This document shows, piece by piece, positions 1 to 10,238 of a stretch of 64,000 bases of DNA. The notes beneath the pieces were generated by a model. The model worked only from the letters and a program-made list of their open reading frames with translations. It had not been told where the DNA came from and ran no database searches. A program made the translations under genes and the position numbers. This stretch comes from an uncultured Lachnospiraceae bacterium (GTDB taxonomy: Bacteria; Bacillota; Clostridia; Lachnospirales; Lachnospiraceae), in assembly GCA_944384155.1 (NCBI GenBank), contig CALWSG010000006.1:2649-66648 (forward strand), given 5' to 3'. Position 1 is the first letter of the stretch, and every line of letters starts with the position of its first letter.

Positions 1-1
1 C

Positions 2-1171
2 AGGTCAGGCAGGCTTTTAGGAAAAATAAATATATTTGGTACAAAATTATTTACATATACATCTGTTATGCTTCATGAGCTGTGGAAGCTTATTATAGGC
101 CAGCGGGTGTGGATAATGGGTGTACTGTTTTTTATAGTGTTTGCATCACTTACTAAATCAGAGAATGTTTATTTTGATTATAAAAGTACTGTGTATAATC
201 AGTATATGGAATACATATCAGGAGGCATTACAGAGGAAAAGATACAGTATCTTGATGAAGAAATTGCTCTTTGGCAGAAGCAAATAGATGAGACTGGCAG
301 GGAGCTTGAAAAATATTATAATGGAGAGTATGAATATAATGACAGTGAAATATTATCACTGGAAAAAAAGATAGTAAAGCTTAATGATGGAAAGTCAGTG
401 GCACAAGAGTTGAGAGCAGAGGGGGAAGAGCTTAAGCAGCTAAGTGATAATGGTTATAATGCAGGATATGCAAATAAAATAACATATAATATGTATATTG
501 GAAATGAAGGTGTTAATTCTTCCAATCTTGACGGAGTTTTACTCATGGCTTTTGTTGTTATTATTACAGCTCTTATATGGTCTGTGGATAATCAAAGCAA
601 TATGACGGGCATAATAAGAACATCAAAATGGGGAAGAGGAAGACTGTTGGCTGTAAAAACGGGAATATCATTTTTTCTGGCATTTTTGGCAGAAACCATA
701 TTATTTATAATGAGATATTTGCAGATAGACAATACATATGGTTTTAGCAATATGGATTTATCTGCCGTAAGCCTGAAAGCATATAGAAGCATTGAGGCAG
801 ATATATCAATAACAGGCATTATTATAGCTATATATTTTTTAAGGTTAATAAGTCTCTGGCTTATAATATGTATTGTTCAGTATATTTCCTGCAATTCAAA
901 GAATAATGTGTATAGTCTGGCAATAAGCGGTATTGTTTTAATACTTCCCGGATATTTGTATTATGGCGGAATAGACGCAATGAAATATATCTCACCGGTA
1001 AAGTGTGTAAGTGTGGTGTCCTTGTGGATTGGCAGCAGGGATGAAATTATTAAATTTGTAATTCCGATGTTAGTGCTTTTTGCAGCAGGCTGTGCAGCAT
1101 TTGGAATGCTTGTAAAGAAAAATGTGAAAAATATATTGCCTGTGAGAAAAAATATTCGTATACTTAAATAA
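2..1171 (+). CDS. ABC transporter permease-like multi-pass membrane protein, 5'-truncated by window edge
   Basis: Frame is open from position 2 through the track ATG at 68. Extracellular loop followed by about 6 hydrophobic helices; EAA-like 'IIRTSKWGRGRLLAVK' motif typical of ABC-2-type permeases. Confidence 0.65.
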   Translation, partial: RSGRLLGKINIFGTKLFTYTSVMLHELWKLIIGQRVWIMGVLFFIVFASLTKSENVYFDYKSTVYNQYMEYISGGITEEKIQYLDEEIALWQKQIDETGRELEKYYNGEYEYNDSEILSLEKKIVKLNDGKSVAQELRAEGEELKQLSDNGYNAGYANKITYNMYIGNEGVNSSNLDGVLLMAFVVIITALIWSVDNQSNMTGIIRTSKWGRGRLLAVKTGISFFLAFLAETILFIMRYLQIDNTYGFSNMDLSAVSLKAYRSIEADISITGIIIAIYFLRLISLWLIICIVQYISCNSKNNVYSLAISGIVLILPGYLYYGGIDAMKYISPVKCVSVVSLWIGSRDEIIKFVIPMLVLFAAGCAAFGMLVKKNVKNILPVRKNIRILK

Positions 1172-1196
1172 AATAAATCAAATAAAATGGAGCATT

Positions 1197-1859
1197 ATGG
1201 ATGGAATAATATTTGACATGGACGGAGTGTTAATAGATACTGAAAGAAGATATTTTCAGTGCTGGCTGATGGCGGCAAAGGAATATAAGCTTGACATGAA
1301 AGCTGTAAAAAAATTGGTTTATGACTGTATAGGGCTTTCCGCAAAAAGTACGGAGGAACTGTGTAAAGAACGTCTTGGAGAAAGTACGTCATACAGAGAC
1401 ATTAGGCAAAGGGTGGATGAAATATTTAAAATACGCCAAATAGAGGAGGGAATACCGGTAAAGCCCGGTGCATATGCACTTTTGCAGTATTTAAAGACCA
1501 ACAGAATACCTGTAGGGCTTGCTTCATCAACAAAATATGACATTATAGTAAGAGAGCTTACGGAGCTTAAGCTTATAGATTATTTTAAGGTAATAATAGG
1601 GGGAGATATGGTTAAAGCCTCAAAGCCGGCACCTGACATATATATAAGGGCCTGCATGGAGTTAAAAGTTCTTCCATGTTGTACCATAGCCATAGAGGAC
1701 TCGGAGAATGGTCTTAGGGCGGCGAAGGCAGCAGGCATGAAAACAGTAATGGTTCCGGATCTTATAGAATATCATGAAGGTCTGAAACCATATACAGATG
1801 AAAAATTCAACAGTCTTACAGATATACTGGAGGCAATGAGGAAAGGTAAAATGTATTAA
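1197..1859 (+). CDS. HAD-superfamily hydrolase (beta-phosphoglucomutase-like, subfamily IA)
   Basis: N-terminal DMDG motif I, LASS motif II, KPAPD motif III, IEDSENG motif IV. Confidence 0.9.
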   Translation: MDGIIFDMDGVLIDTERRYFQCWLMAAKEYKLDMKAVKKLVYDCIGLSAKSTEELCKERLGESTSYRDIRQRVDEIFKIRQIEEGIPVKPGAYALLQYLKTNRIPVGLASSTKYDIIVRELTELKLIDYFKVIIGGDMVKASKPAPDIYIRACMELKVLPCCTIAIEDSENGLRAAKAAGMKTVMVPDLIEYHEGLKPYTDEKFNSLTDILEAMRKGKMY

Positions 1860-1891
1860 TGTTCAGCAAAAAGGGAATATTTAAAAAAGAA

Positions 1892-1920
1892 TTGTAAATA
1901 AATTTCAAATGCTATATACT
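1892..1920 (+). promoter_or_regulatory. sigma-A-type promoter for M16 peptidase-era-recO
   Basis: TTGTAA(1892-1897)-N17-TATACT(1915-1920), 45 nt upstream of an AGGAG-led ATG. Confidence 0.55.
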
Positions 1921-1964
1921 AATATCTAAAGTGAAGTTTAGCATTAAAATAAGGAGAGAAAAAC

Positions 1965-4895
1965 ATGACAGTAAAGGCTATAACGGAGGAAATGGTTCCG
2001 GCATACAGTATTATAAGTATAACAGATATTAGTGAGTTAAATACAAAAGCATATTATTTAAAGCATAAAAAGACAGGTGCCAAGGTGGCACTTATGGTAA
2101 ATGATGATGAAAATAAGGTGTTTAATATTGGTTTTCGAACACCTCCTCAAAATGACGCAGGGCTTCCACATATACTGGAGCACAGCGTTCTTTGCGGTTC
2201 TAAAAAGTATCCGGCAAAAAATCCGTTTGAGGAGCTTATACAGGGCTCATTAAATACATTCTTAAATGCAATGACTTTTCCCGACAGAACAATATATCCT
2301 GTTGCCAGCTGCAATGATAAGGATTTCAAAAATCTTATGGACGTATATCTTGATGCAGTATTTCACCCAAGCATATATGACAGGGAGGAAATATTTAAGC
2401 AGGAGGGCTGGCATTATGATTTGCAGTCAAAGGACGGAGAAATAACATATAACGGTGTGGTTTATAATGAAATGAAGGGGGCATTTTCAGACCCGGAAAG
2501 TGTTCTTGAAAGATATGTAAACAGGGCATTATACCCTGATAACTGTTATGGGTATGAGTCGGGAGGAGACCCTGAGAGAATTCCCGAGCTTTCATATGAG
2601 GAGTTTCTCGATTTTCACAGGAAATATTATCATCCTTCAAACAGCTATATTTATCTTTATGGAAATATGGATATGGAGGAGAGGCTTGATTATATAGATA
2701 AGGAATATTTGTCGGCGTATGATATGCTTAATATTGACTCTGCCGTAAAATATCAGAAGCCTTTTGACAAGGTAAAGATTCTTGAGGGAACATATCCTGT
2801 AGGAAGTGATGAGGATTGTACAGATAAAGGATTTTTATCATATGCGGCAGTTACGGGCGATTCAGATGACAGAGAGCTTTACTATGCATTTAAGGTATTA
2901 AATTATGCTCTTTTAAGTATGCCGGGAGCACCTGTAAAGCAGGCGCTTATAGATGCAGGAATAGGAAAAGCAGTGACAGGAGGCTCGGGAGACGGCATTT
3001 TACAGAATTATTTTATAATAAATGCAAAAAACACAGACGTATCAAAGAGAGACCGGTTTGTATCAGTTATTGAAAATACACTTAAGGATATTGTAAAAAA
3101 GGGAATAAACAAGAAATCATTAAAAGCTGCATTAAATGTAATGGAATTCCAGTACAGAGAGGCAGATTTTGGCAGCTATCCCAGAGGCTTATATTACTGT
3201 ATGTATGTAATGGACAGTTGGAATTACAATGATGATAAGCCATTTATACATGTAAAAGCGGGAGATACCTTTGCAAAGCTTAATAGGCTGGCAGAAACAT
3301 CATATTTTGAGGAGCTTATAGAAAAATATATTTTAGATAACACTCATAAGGTCATATATGCCCTAAAGCCCGAAAAAGGACTGGAGGAGAAAAAATCAGA
3401 AAAGCTTTGTGATAAGCTTAAGTTATATAAGGATTCACTTACTGAGGAGCAGATAGAAAAGCTGGTGGAGGACACTAAGGAACTTGAGAAGTACCAAAGC
3501 GAGCCGTCACCAAAGGAGGATATAGAAAGGATACCTGTTCTTGAGATAAAGGATATAGAAAAAAATCCAAAGCCTTATAATTACAAGGAGAGAAATGAGG
3601 ACGTAAAGGTTATATTTTCTGACGTATTTTCAAACGGAATATGCTATATAAATGCATCCTTTGACTGCAAATACGTGCCAAAGGAGCTTATCCCTTATGC
3701 AGGCTTTCTTGAAAATATACTTGGAAGAATGGATACGGAACATTACAGGTATTCGGACTTAAATAATGAGATTAATATACATTCCGGAGGATTGTCAACA
3801 AATGCCGTAGTCTATAATATGAACAGTGACAACGGAGATTATAATGTCCGTTTCGATGTTAATATCAAGGTATTTTATAAGGAGATTCCATTTGCCTTTA
3901 AGATTATGGAGGAAATACTTCTTCATACAAATGTGGAAAATGAAAAAAGGCTGAAGGAAATTATAGGTGAAAATCTTACTAATATACGTTCGTCAATTAT
4001 ATCGTCAGGTCACCGTACTGCACTTTACAGAGGATATTCATATGTAAGCAGCTCAGGAATGGTACTTGACATGATTAACGGAATAGGGGCATATGAATTT
4101 TTTGACAGGCTTGATAAAAACTTTGACTACAGAGAAATAACAGAAAATCTGAAAAAGACCATAAGGCTTATATTTAACAGGAAAAATATAATAATAGGCT
4201 GTACCTGCGATGAGGAGGGATATAAGCTTATGGCAAAGGAGATAAAAACATTGGCAGACAGCCTGTATACAGATGAACTTATAAAAGAGGGTGACAGACC
4301 GGAACCTGAACCTAAGAATGAGGGAATTGTAATACCATCACCTGTATCTTATGTGGCAAGGGTAGGTAACTTTAAGAAAGCAGGCTTTAAATATACGGGA
4401 ACTTTACTTGCTCTCAGAAATGCACTTGATTATGGATATTTGTGGAATAATATACGAGTAAAGGGAGGAGCCTACGGAGTTATGAGCAACTATCAGGCAG
4501 CCGGAGGCAATATGGGATATATGTCATACAGAGACCCTAATGTATCAAAGACAAGTGAAGTATTTCTTTCAATACCTGAATACTTGAAGGACTTTACCGC
4601 CGATGAAAGGGAAATACGAAAATATATTATAGGAGCAATAAGCAGTCTTGATACTCCGTTAAATCCAAGAGCGGAGGGAAGCCGTTCCTTTACGGCATAT
4701 ATTTGCGGTAAAACTAATGATGAGCTTAAGCAGGAAAGAAATGATGTATTAAGCTTAAGCCGGGAAAAAATAAGGGAAACGGCTCCTGTAGTAGATGAAG
4801 TTCTTAAACAGAATTATGTATGTGCCGTAGGAAATAAGGAAAAGATAAATCAGGCAAAGGATATGTTTAAGGAAATCAGGGAAATATTTAAATAG
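1965..4895 (+). CDS. Insulinase-family (M16C, presequence protease-like) zinc metallopeptidase
   Basis: Inverted zincin HILEH motif, GSLNTFLNAMTFPDRT, GVVYNEMKG, RVKGGAYG; 976 aa. Confidence 0.92.
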   Translation: MTVKAITEEMVPAYSIISITDISELNTKAYYLKHKKTGAKVALMVNDDENKVFNIGFRTPPQNDAGLPHILEHSVLCGSKKYPAKNPFEELIQGSLNTFLNAMTFPDRTIYPVASCNDKDFKNLMDVYLDAVFHPSIYDREEIFKQEGWHYDLQSKDGEITYNGVVYNEMKGAFSDPESVLERYVNRALYPDNCYGYESGGDPERIPELSYEEFLDFHRKYYHPSNSYIYLYGNMDMEERLDYIDKEYLSAYDMLNIDSAVKYQKPFDKVKILEGTYPVGSDEDCTDKGFLSYAAVTGDSDDRELYYAFKVLNYALLSMPGAPVKQALIDAGIGKAVTGGSGDGILQNYFIINAKNTDVSKRDRFVSVIENTLKDIVKKGINKKSLKAALNVMEFQYREADFGSYPRGLYYCMYVMDSWNYNDDKPFIHVKAGDTFAKLNRLAETSYFEELIEKYILDNTHKVIYALKPEKGLEEKKSEKLCDKLKLYKDSLTEEQIEKLVEDTKELEKYQSEPSPKEDIERIPVLEIKDIEKNPKPYNYKERNEDVKVIFSDVFSNGICYINASFDCKYVPKELIPYAGFLENILGRMDTEHYRYSDLNNEINIHSGGLSTNAVVYNMNSDNGDYNVRFDVNIKVFYKEIPFAFKIMEEILLHTNVENEKRLKEIIGENLTNIRSSIISSGHRTALYRGYSYVSSSGMVLDMINGIGAYEFFDRLDKNFDYREITENLKKTIRLIFNRKNIIIGCTCDEEGYKLMAKEIKTLADSLYTDELIKEGDRPEPEPKNEGIVIPSPVSYVARVGNFKKAGFKYTGTLLALRNALDYGYLWNNIRVKGGAYGVMSNYQAAGGNMGYMSYRDPNVSKTSEVFLSIPEYLKDFTADEREIRKYIIGAISSLDTPLNPRAEGSRSFTAYICGKTNDELKQERNDVLSLSREKIRETAPVVDEVLKQNYVCAVGNKEKINQAKDMFKEIREIFK

Positions 4896-4926
4896 GCATC
4901 AGCAGAAAAAGAAAAGGAAAAAGCAC

Positions 4927-5832
4927 ATGGATAACAGCAATACTAAATCAGGCTTTGTAACATTAATCGGCAGACCAAATGTAGGAAAATCTACTTTGAT
5001 GAACAGGATTATAGGACAAAAAATAGCTATAACAAGTCATAAGCCTCAGACTACAAGAAACAGAATACAGACAGTATACACAGATGACAGAGGTCAAATA
5101 ATTTTCCTTGACACGCCGGGAATACACAAGGCTAAGAATAAGCTGGGGGAATATATGGTAAATGTGGCAGAGCAGACCTTAAAGGAGGTAGACGTGATAC
5201 TTTGGCTTGTGGAGCCAACCTCCTTTATCGGCGGGGGAGAGAGACATATTGCAGAGCAGTTAGGCAGAGTCAGTGTTCCGGTAATACTTGTAATTAACAA
5301 GGTAGATACTGTTAAGAAGGAAGAGATACTTGCATTTATAGACAGTTACAGAAAAATATATGACTTTGCCGAGATTATTCCCGTTTCTGCACTTAAGGGA
5401 ACAAATGTAGATGATGTTACAGACACTATATTTAAGTACCTCACATATGGTCCTTTGTTTTATGATGAAGATACTGTTACAGACCAGCCCGTTCGCCAGA
5501 TAGCGGCAGAGCTCATAAGAGAAAAGGCATTAAAGTGTCTTGATGATGAGATACCCCACGGCATAGCTGTGTATATAGACAGCATGAAGGAGAGAAAGGG
5601 AGGAAAGATAACTGATATTGATGCTACAATAGTGTGTGAAAGGGAATCACACAAAGGTATCATAATAGGCAAGCAGGGTGCCATGTTAAAGAAAATAGGC
5701 TCGGCAGCACGCTATGAGATTGAGAGGATGCTGGAAATTAAAGTAAATCTTAAGCTGTGGGTTAAGGTGCGAAAAGAGTGGAGAGACAGTGATGTGCAGC
5801 TAAAGAACTTTGGATATAAAGATTTAAATTAA
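4927..5832 (+). CDS. era: GTPase Era
   Basis: GRPNVGKS P-loop, DTPG, NKVD, C-terminal KH domain with GIIIGKQG; upstream of recO. Confidence 0.97.
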   Translation: MDNSNTKSGFVTLIGRPNVGKSTLMNRIIGQKIAITSHKPQTTRNRIQTVYTDDRGQIIFLDTPGIHKAKNKLGEYMVNVAEQTLKEVDVILWLVEPTSFIGGGERHIAEQLGRVSVPVILVINKVDTVKKEEILAFIDSYRKIYDFAEIIPVSALKGTNVDDVTDTIFKYLTYGPLFYDEDTVTDQPVRQIAAELIREKALKCLDDEIPHGIAVYIDSMKERKGGKITDIDATIVCERESHKGIIIGKQGAMLKKIGSAARYEIERMLEIKVNLKLWVKVRKEWRDSDVQLKNFGYKDLN

Positions 5833-5857
5833 CCAGAAATATCCGGGAGGTGAAGGT

Positions 5858-6589
5858 GTGGTAACGCAGATTACTCTTACAGGTATGGTGCTTATTGCCG
5901 CACCTGTAGGTGAATATGATAAGCGTCTTGTTATTCTCACAAGGGAGAGAGGCAAAATAACTGCATTTGCAAGAGGGGCAAGGCGGCCTAACAGTCAGTA
6001 TGCCGCAGGAAGCAGACCCTTTTCCTTTGGAGAATTTACAGTGTATCAGGGCAGGGAAGCTTACACTCTGACAGGTATAAATATAACAAATTATTTTGAA
6101 GATATGGCAGGGGATTTGGATAAGGTTTATTACGGAATGTATTTTCTTGAGCTGGCAGATTATTTTTCAAGAGAAAATATTGAGGCAAAGGATATGCTTA
6201 ATCTTTTATATGCCTCCTTTATGGCAATGAGAAAAAATATTATTCCAATAAAGCTTATCCGTCTTATATATGAATTAAAAATATTTACCATAAACGGAGA
6301 ATATCCGGCAGTTTTTCAGTGTGCAGAATGCGGCACGGCGGAGGGACTGTCTTTTTTCAGTGGAGCAAAAGAAGGTGCGGTGTGCAGTGAGTGTCAAAAA
6401 GGAACAAAGGATGCCATAGAAGTAAACACTTCCACATTATATACACTTCAGTATATAATCGCATCACCTATAAATAAGCTTTTTACATTTACCGTTTCAG
6501 ATAACGTGATGACAGAGCTTACAATGATAATATCAAGATGGATGGCAGGTCATTGTGATAAGAATTTTAAGACATTGGAATTGATGTAA
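5858..6589 (+). CDS. recO: DNA repair protein RecO
   Basis: GKITAFARGARR OB-fold motif, CxxC...CxxC zinc finger, era-recO synteny; GTG start with GGAGGTG RBS. Confidence 0.95.
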   Translation: MVTQITLTGMVLIAAPVGEYDKRLVILTRERGKITAFARGARRPNSQYAAGSRPFSFGEFTVYQGREAYTLTGINITNYFEDMAGDLDKVYYGMYFLELADYFSRENIEAKDMLNLLYASFMAMRKNIIPIKLIRLIYELKIFTINGEYPAVFQCAECGTAEGLSFFSGAKEGAVCSECQKGTKDAIEVNTSTLYTLQYIIASPINKLFTFTVSDNVMTELTMIISRWMAGHCDKNFKTLELM

Positions 6590-6642
6590 ATATTTAGACG
6601 GTTTGTAGTAAAATTGCAAAATTAGTATAAATGAGATGATAA

Positions 6643-6685
6643 AAATAAACTTACCTTTGTCAATTACACAGAGGTAAGTTTATTT
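6643..6685. terminator. Bidirectional intrinsic terminator between convergent recO and PBP1A
   Basis: Perfect 14-bp arms AAATAAACTTACCT (6643-6656) / AGGTAAGTTTATTT (6672-6685) plus 4 inner pairs. Confidence 0.8.
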
Positions 6686-6726
6686 ATCAGCTTTTGTATA
6701 ACTTTGTTTTTGTATTAAAAATTCTG

Positions 6727-9276
6727 TCAGTGGACAATGCAGGAGCTATGCTCCAATGCGGCAGGAATCTCATACTGTGTATCCCATGTTGTACCTTCAC
6801 TGCCGAGGAAACGTATTCTGTAGACAACCTCCCTTGTGCTTCCATCAGGGCAGCTGCTTGTGGCAAGGCTTCCCGATTCAGTACATATAGTATATTTGGC
6901 ATGACATTTACATGTTTCAGTAGGAACGGTTCCCTCAGCAAAGTATTCGGTTACAATCATATTTCCCTCCGGGTCATTATCACACAGCCCTTCCACAGGA
7001 AGGTAACCGCATTTTTTGCATACCTGTGCGGTAACTACTGAATCAGGCTGAGCCGGTTCGGAATAGGTATAACCTTTTTCTGTGTGAATACGGCTCATAA
7101 TTTTGCTCCAAAGTACTTTGTGATAGCTTTCGTTATATACATACTTTCCTATATCGGCATTTTCGTCAAATCCTGTCCATATACCTGCAGTCAGGTAATC
7201 AGAATATCCCACAAACCATAAATCGTAGCTGTTTGTGGTAGTGCCTGTCTTGCCGGAAATATACTGACCGCTTACGTTTGCTGCAGTACCGGTACCTGAT
7301 GTCACTACGTCATGCATAGCGTTAGTTAAAAGCCATGCGGTAGATTCTTTTATAACACGTTTTGTTTCAGGCTCCTTTTCAAGTATAACCCTTCCGTTAT
7401 AATCAGTAACCTTTGTATAGTAGACAGGTTCCGTGTAAACACCTCCGTTTGCAATAGTTGCGTAGGCATTTGTAATCTCAAGGTTATATACGCCGTCTGT
7501 AAGACCGCCCAGGGCAGTAGACTGGTTGGCATCTGAAACTACGGTGCCGTCAGCAAGCTCTCTGCTCTCAACCATACTTGATATACCCAGATTTTCCAAA
7601 TATTCAAGTGCTACTGAAGGACCTACGGCAGTAATGGTTTTTACTGCAATAATATTTGCAGACTGTTCAATAGCATATCTTATATTCTGAAGTCCGTGAT
7701 AACCGGAATTCCACCAGTTATTTACGGCACGTCCGTTGGTGTAATTATAAGGAGCATCATCATATACAGTGGCAAGGGTCTCACCGTTTTCAAGGGCAGG
7801 AAGAAATGCCGCAAGTATCTTAAAGCAGGAGCCCGGCTGTCTTGTTGAGTCGGTAGCTCTGTTAAGAGAACGGCTTGTTTCCTTCTCGCCGCGTCCTCCT
7901 ACCAAAGCCTTTACATGCCCGGTCTCCTGATCAATGACGGTAAATGATGCCTGAGGCTGCAGCGTAAAGTAAGTGGTTTCACCGAGAATTTCATCACCTT
8001 CCTTAAGATATTCTGCTTTATAAGCATCAATACAGCTTTGAGCCTCCTCCTTTGACTTAAATATAAGCTTAAAGTCTGAATCTCCAAGAAGTGTTTTATA
8101 GTGATAAGTAATATTTACGTTTGAATAATTTTCAACAGTTCCATCTGCATGCTGCACAGACCATCGCCAGTCAAAGGAATAGTATACGCTTCCGGGATAA
8201 TTGTCGGGGTTTGAAAGCTCCTCATCACAAATACGCTGTATTGTAGAGTCCTGAGTGGAGTATATGCTTAAACCACCGCTGTAAAGTGCATTGGCAGCCT
8301 GAGTTGAGGTATAGCCTTTTTGCTCCATAAGGTCTTCAATGACCTGGTCTATAAGCTCGTCAACAAAGTATGAATAAGGCTCCTCTTCGGCAGTTTCGGC
8401 ACTTATTACCTGAATTCTTGAATAAACATCATCATTTACAGCCTCATTATATTCCTCCTCTGTAATGTGACCGTAGGCAAGCATATTGTCAAGGGCAACC
8501 TGACGTCTCTTTGCATTGTTTTCAGGATTATATATAGGATTATAGTATTTTGTAGGATTCTGTGTAATGGCTGCGATAACGGCACTCTCTGATATGGTAA
8601 GCTCAGATACATCTTTATTAAAATATCTCTGTGCCGCTGCCTGTACGCCGTAGCAGTTTGAACCTAAAAATATGGTGTTTAGGTAATTTTCCAAAATGAT
8701 GGATTTGGAGGTTGTTTTTTCAAGCTCAAGTGCAAGGTACTGTTCCTGTATCTTACGTTTTATAAGTGAACCCATGTTATCTTCACGGCCTCCGTCCTCA
8801 AAAACATTATTTTTGAGAAGCTGCTGTGTGATAGTGCTGGCCCCCTGCTTTGAGCCTGATGTAATAAGCTCAAAGCCTGCCCTTATAATACCTTTAACGT
8901 CAATGCCGTTATGCTCGTAAAAACGCTCGTCCTCAAGGTCTATAAATGCATATATTAAATGCTCGGGAATCTGGTCAATAGACACAGGGATACGGTTTGA
9001 GCCTGTAGTTGTGAGCTTTTCTATCTCATTTCCATCAGAGTCATATACGGTGGTTGAGTACCCAACAGGCGCAATGTTTAAATCTTCAACATCAGGTGCG
9101 CCGTCAAGAATGCTTTTTACCATTCCAAGCCCCAGAAATCCCCCGGCTATGCAGATAAGAAGCACGGTAAATATTAAAACTCTGAAAATATTTACCGTAA
9201 GCTTTGTTGAAAGTTTGCGTGGCGTTGAAACAAGGTCTTTATGCTTCTTAGCAACGCTATTTTTGCCAAAATTCAT
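6727..9276 (-). CDS. Class A penicillin-binding protein (PBP1A, transglycosylase-transpeptidase)
   Basis: GT51 motifs EDERF, QGASTITQQL, RKIQE; transpeptidase SCFK (SxxK), SAN, KTGT. Start moved to ATG 9276 (AAGGA RBS). Confidence 0.95.
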   Translation of the reverse strand: MNFGKNSVAKKHKDLVSTPRKLSTKLTVNIFRVLIFTVLLICIAGGFLGLGMVKSILDGAPDVEDLNIAPVGYSTTVYDSDGNEIEKLTTTGSNRIPVSIDQIPEHLIYAFIDLEDERFYEHNGIDVKGIIRAGFELITSGSKQGASTITQQLLKNNVFEDGGREDNMGSLIKRKIQEQYLALELEKTTSKSIILENYLNTIFLGSNCYGVQAAAQRYFNKDVSELTISESAVIAAITQNPTKYYNPIYNPENNAKRRQVALDNMLAYGHITEEEYNEAVNDDVYSRIQVISAETAEEEPYSYFVDELIDQVIEDLMEQKGYTSTQAANALYSGGLSIYSTQDSTIQRICDEELSNPDNYPGSVYYSFDWRWSVQHADGTVENYSNVNITYHYKTLLGDSDFKLIFKSKEEAQSCIDAYKAEYLKEGDEILGETTYFTLQPQASFTVIDQETGHVKALVGGRGEKETSRSLNRATDSTRQPGSCFKILAAFLPALENGETLATVYDDAPYNYTNGRAVNNWWNSGYHGLQNIRYAIEQSANIIAVKTITAVGPSVALEYLENLGISSMVESRELADGTVVSDANQSTALGGLTDGVYNLEITNAYATIANGGVYTEPVYYTKVTDYNGRVILEKEPETKRVIKESTAWLLTNAMHDVVTSGTGTAANVSGQYISGKTGTTTNSYDLWFVGYSDYLTAGIWTGFDENADIGKYVYNESYHKVLWSKIMSRIHTEKGYTYSEPAQPDSVVTAQVCKKCGYLPVEGLCDNDPEGNMIVTEYFAEGTVPTETCKCHAKYTICTESGSLATSSCPDGSTREVVYRIRFLGSEGTTWDTQYEIPAALEHSSCIVH

Positions 9277-9501
9277 AATCTGTTTTCCTTTCACGAATTC
9301 AATAAACAATTTATAGTATATCAAAAATATAATGCTAAATAAAGTAGTAATATTAAAAAATACATTATAAATTTTTTACAGAAACAGCCATATTATACAA
9401 GTATACGTTTAAATTAGCGGATTACATTTTACATGGTAAGAATTTTATGATAAGATACTAATAGTTTAATTTAAAATGAATGGAGAAAAAGTACTAATAT
9501 A

Positions 9502-10158
9502 ATGAAGAATATGTCAAATGGCTTTAAAATAGTATACAAAGGCGGACAGGCCGAAATAGAGGAGAAAAAATCAAAATTTATAGCATATGTTGAATCTGTC
9601 AATTCAGAGGAAGAGGCAGCAGAATTTATTGAAAAAATAAAAAAGATGAATTGGAATGCCACCCATAATTGTGCAGCGGCAGTAGTGGGAAAAAATAATG
9701 AGTATACAAGATGCAGTGATGACGGTGAGCCAGGCGGTACTGCCGGAAAGCCTATGCTTGAGGTTTTGCTTGGAGAAAAGGTACATAATGTTGCAGTGGT
9801 GGTAACACGTTATTTTGGAGGAACCCTTCTCGGCACAGGGGGATTGGTCAGAGCCTATCAAAAAAGCGCCAAGGCAGGGCTGGCCGCAAGCACGATCATA
9901 GAAAAGTGTGATGGGGCACAGGTTAATATAGAAACAGATTACAACGGAATAGGAAAGCTTCAGTATATTGTGGCACAAATGAAAATATTTGTGATAGATA
10001 CAGCCTATAGGGATACTGTGGTTTTAAGTGTAATGGTTCCGTGGGAGGATATAAAGGAATTTACGGACAAGGTAACGGATAGTACGTCGGGAAAAGCAGT
10101 TATTAGTGTGGGGGATAAGGTAAGCTATGGTATAGCAGACGGAAAGCTTGTTATGTAA
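9502..10158 (+). CDS. YigZ/IMPACT family protein
   Basis: EEKKSKFIA, ATHNC, SDDGEPGGTAG, VTRYFGGTLLGTGGLVRAY. Confidence 0.93.
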   Translation: MKNMSNGFKIVYKGGQAEIEEKKSKFIAYVESVNSEEEAAEFIEKIKKMNWNATHNCAAAVVGKNNEYTRCSDDGEPGGTAGKPMLEVLLGEKVHNVAVVVTRYFGGTLLGTGGLVRAYQKSAKAGLAASTIIEKCDGAQVNIETDYNGIGKLQYIVAQMKIFVIDTAYRDTVVLSVMVPWEDIKEFTDKVTDSTSGKAVISVGDKVSYGIADGKLVM

Positions 10159-10180
10159 TTGCTAAGGGTATAATAAAATT

Positions 10181-10217
10181 AAGGTGTAAAAGGCTTTAAT
10201 ACAGCTTTTTACACCTT
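10181..10217. terminator. Bidirectional terminator between yigZ-like gene and PAP2 gene
   Basis: 15-bp arms AAGGTGTAAAAGGCT / AGCTTTTTACACCTT with one G-U pair. Confidence 0.75.
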
Positions 10218-10238
10218 GATTTTATTATAGATAAATTT

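Noticed and set aside
6694-7041. 115-aa plus-strand ORF antisense to the PBP1A 3' end
   Set aside because: No RBS; starts just past a terminator; Cys/Phe-rich shadow translation.
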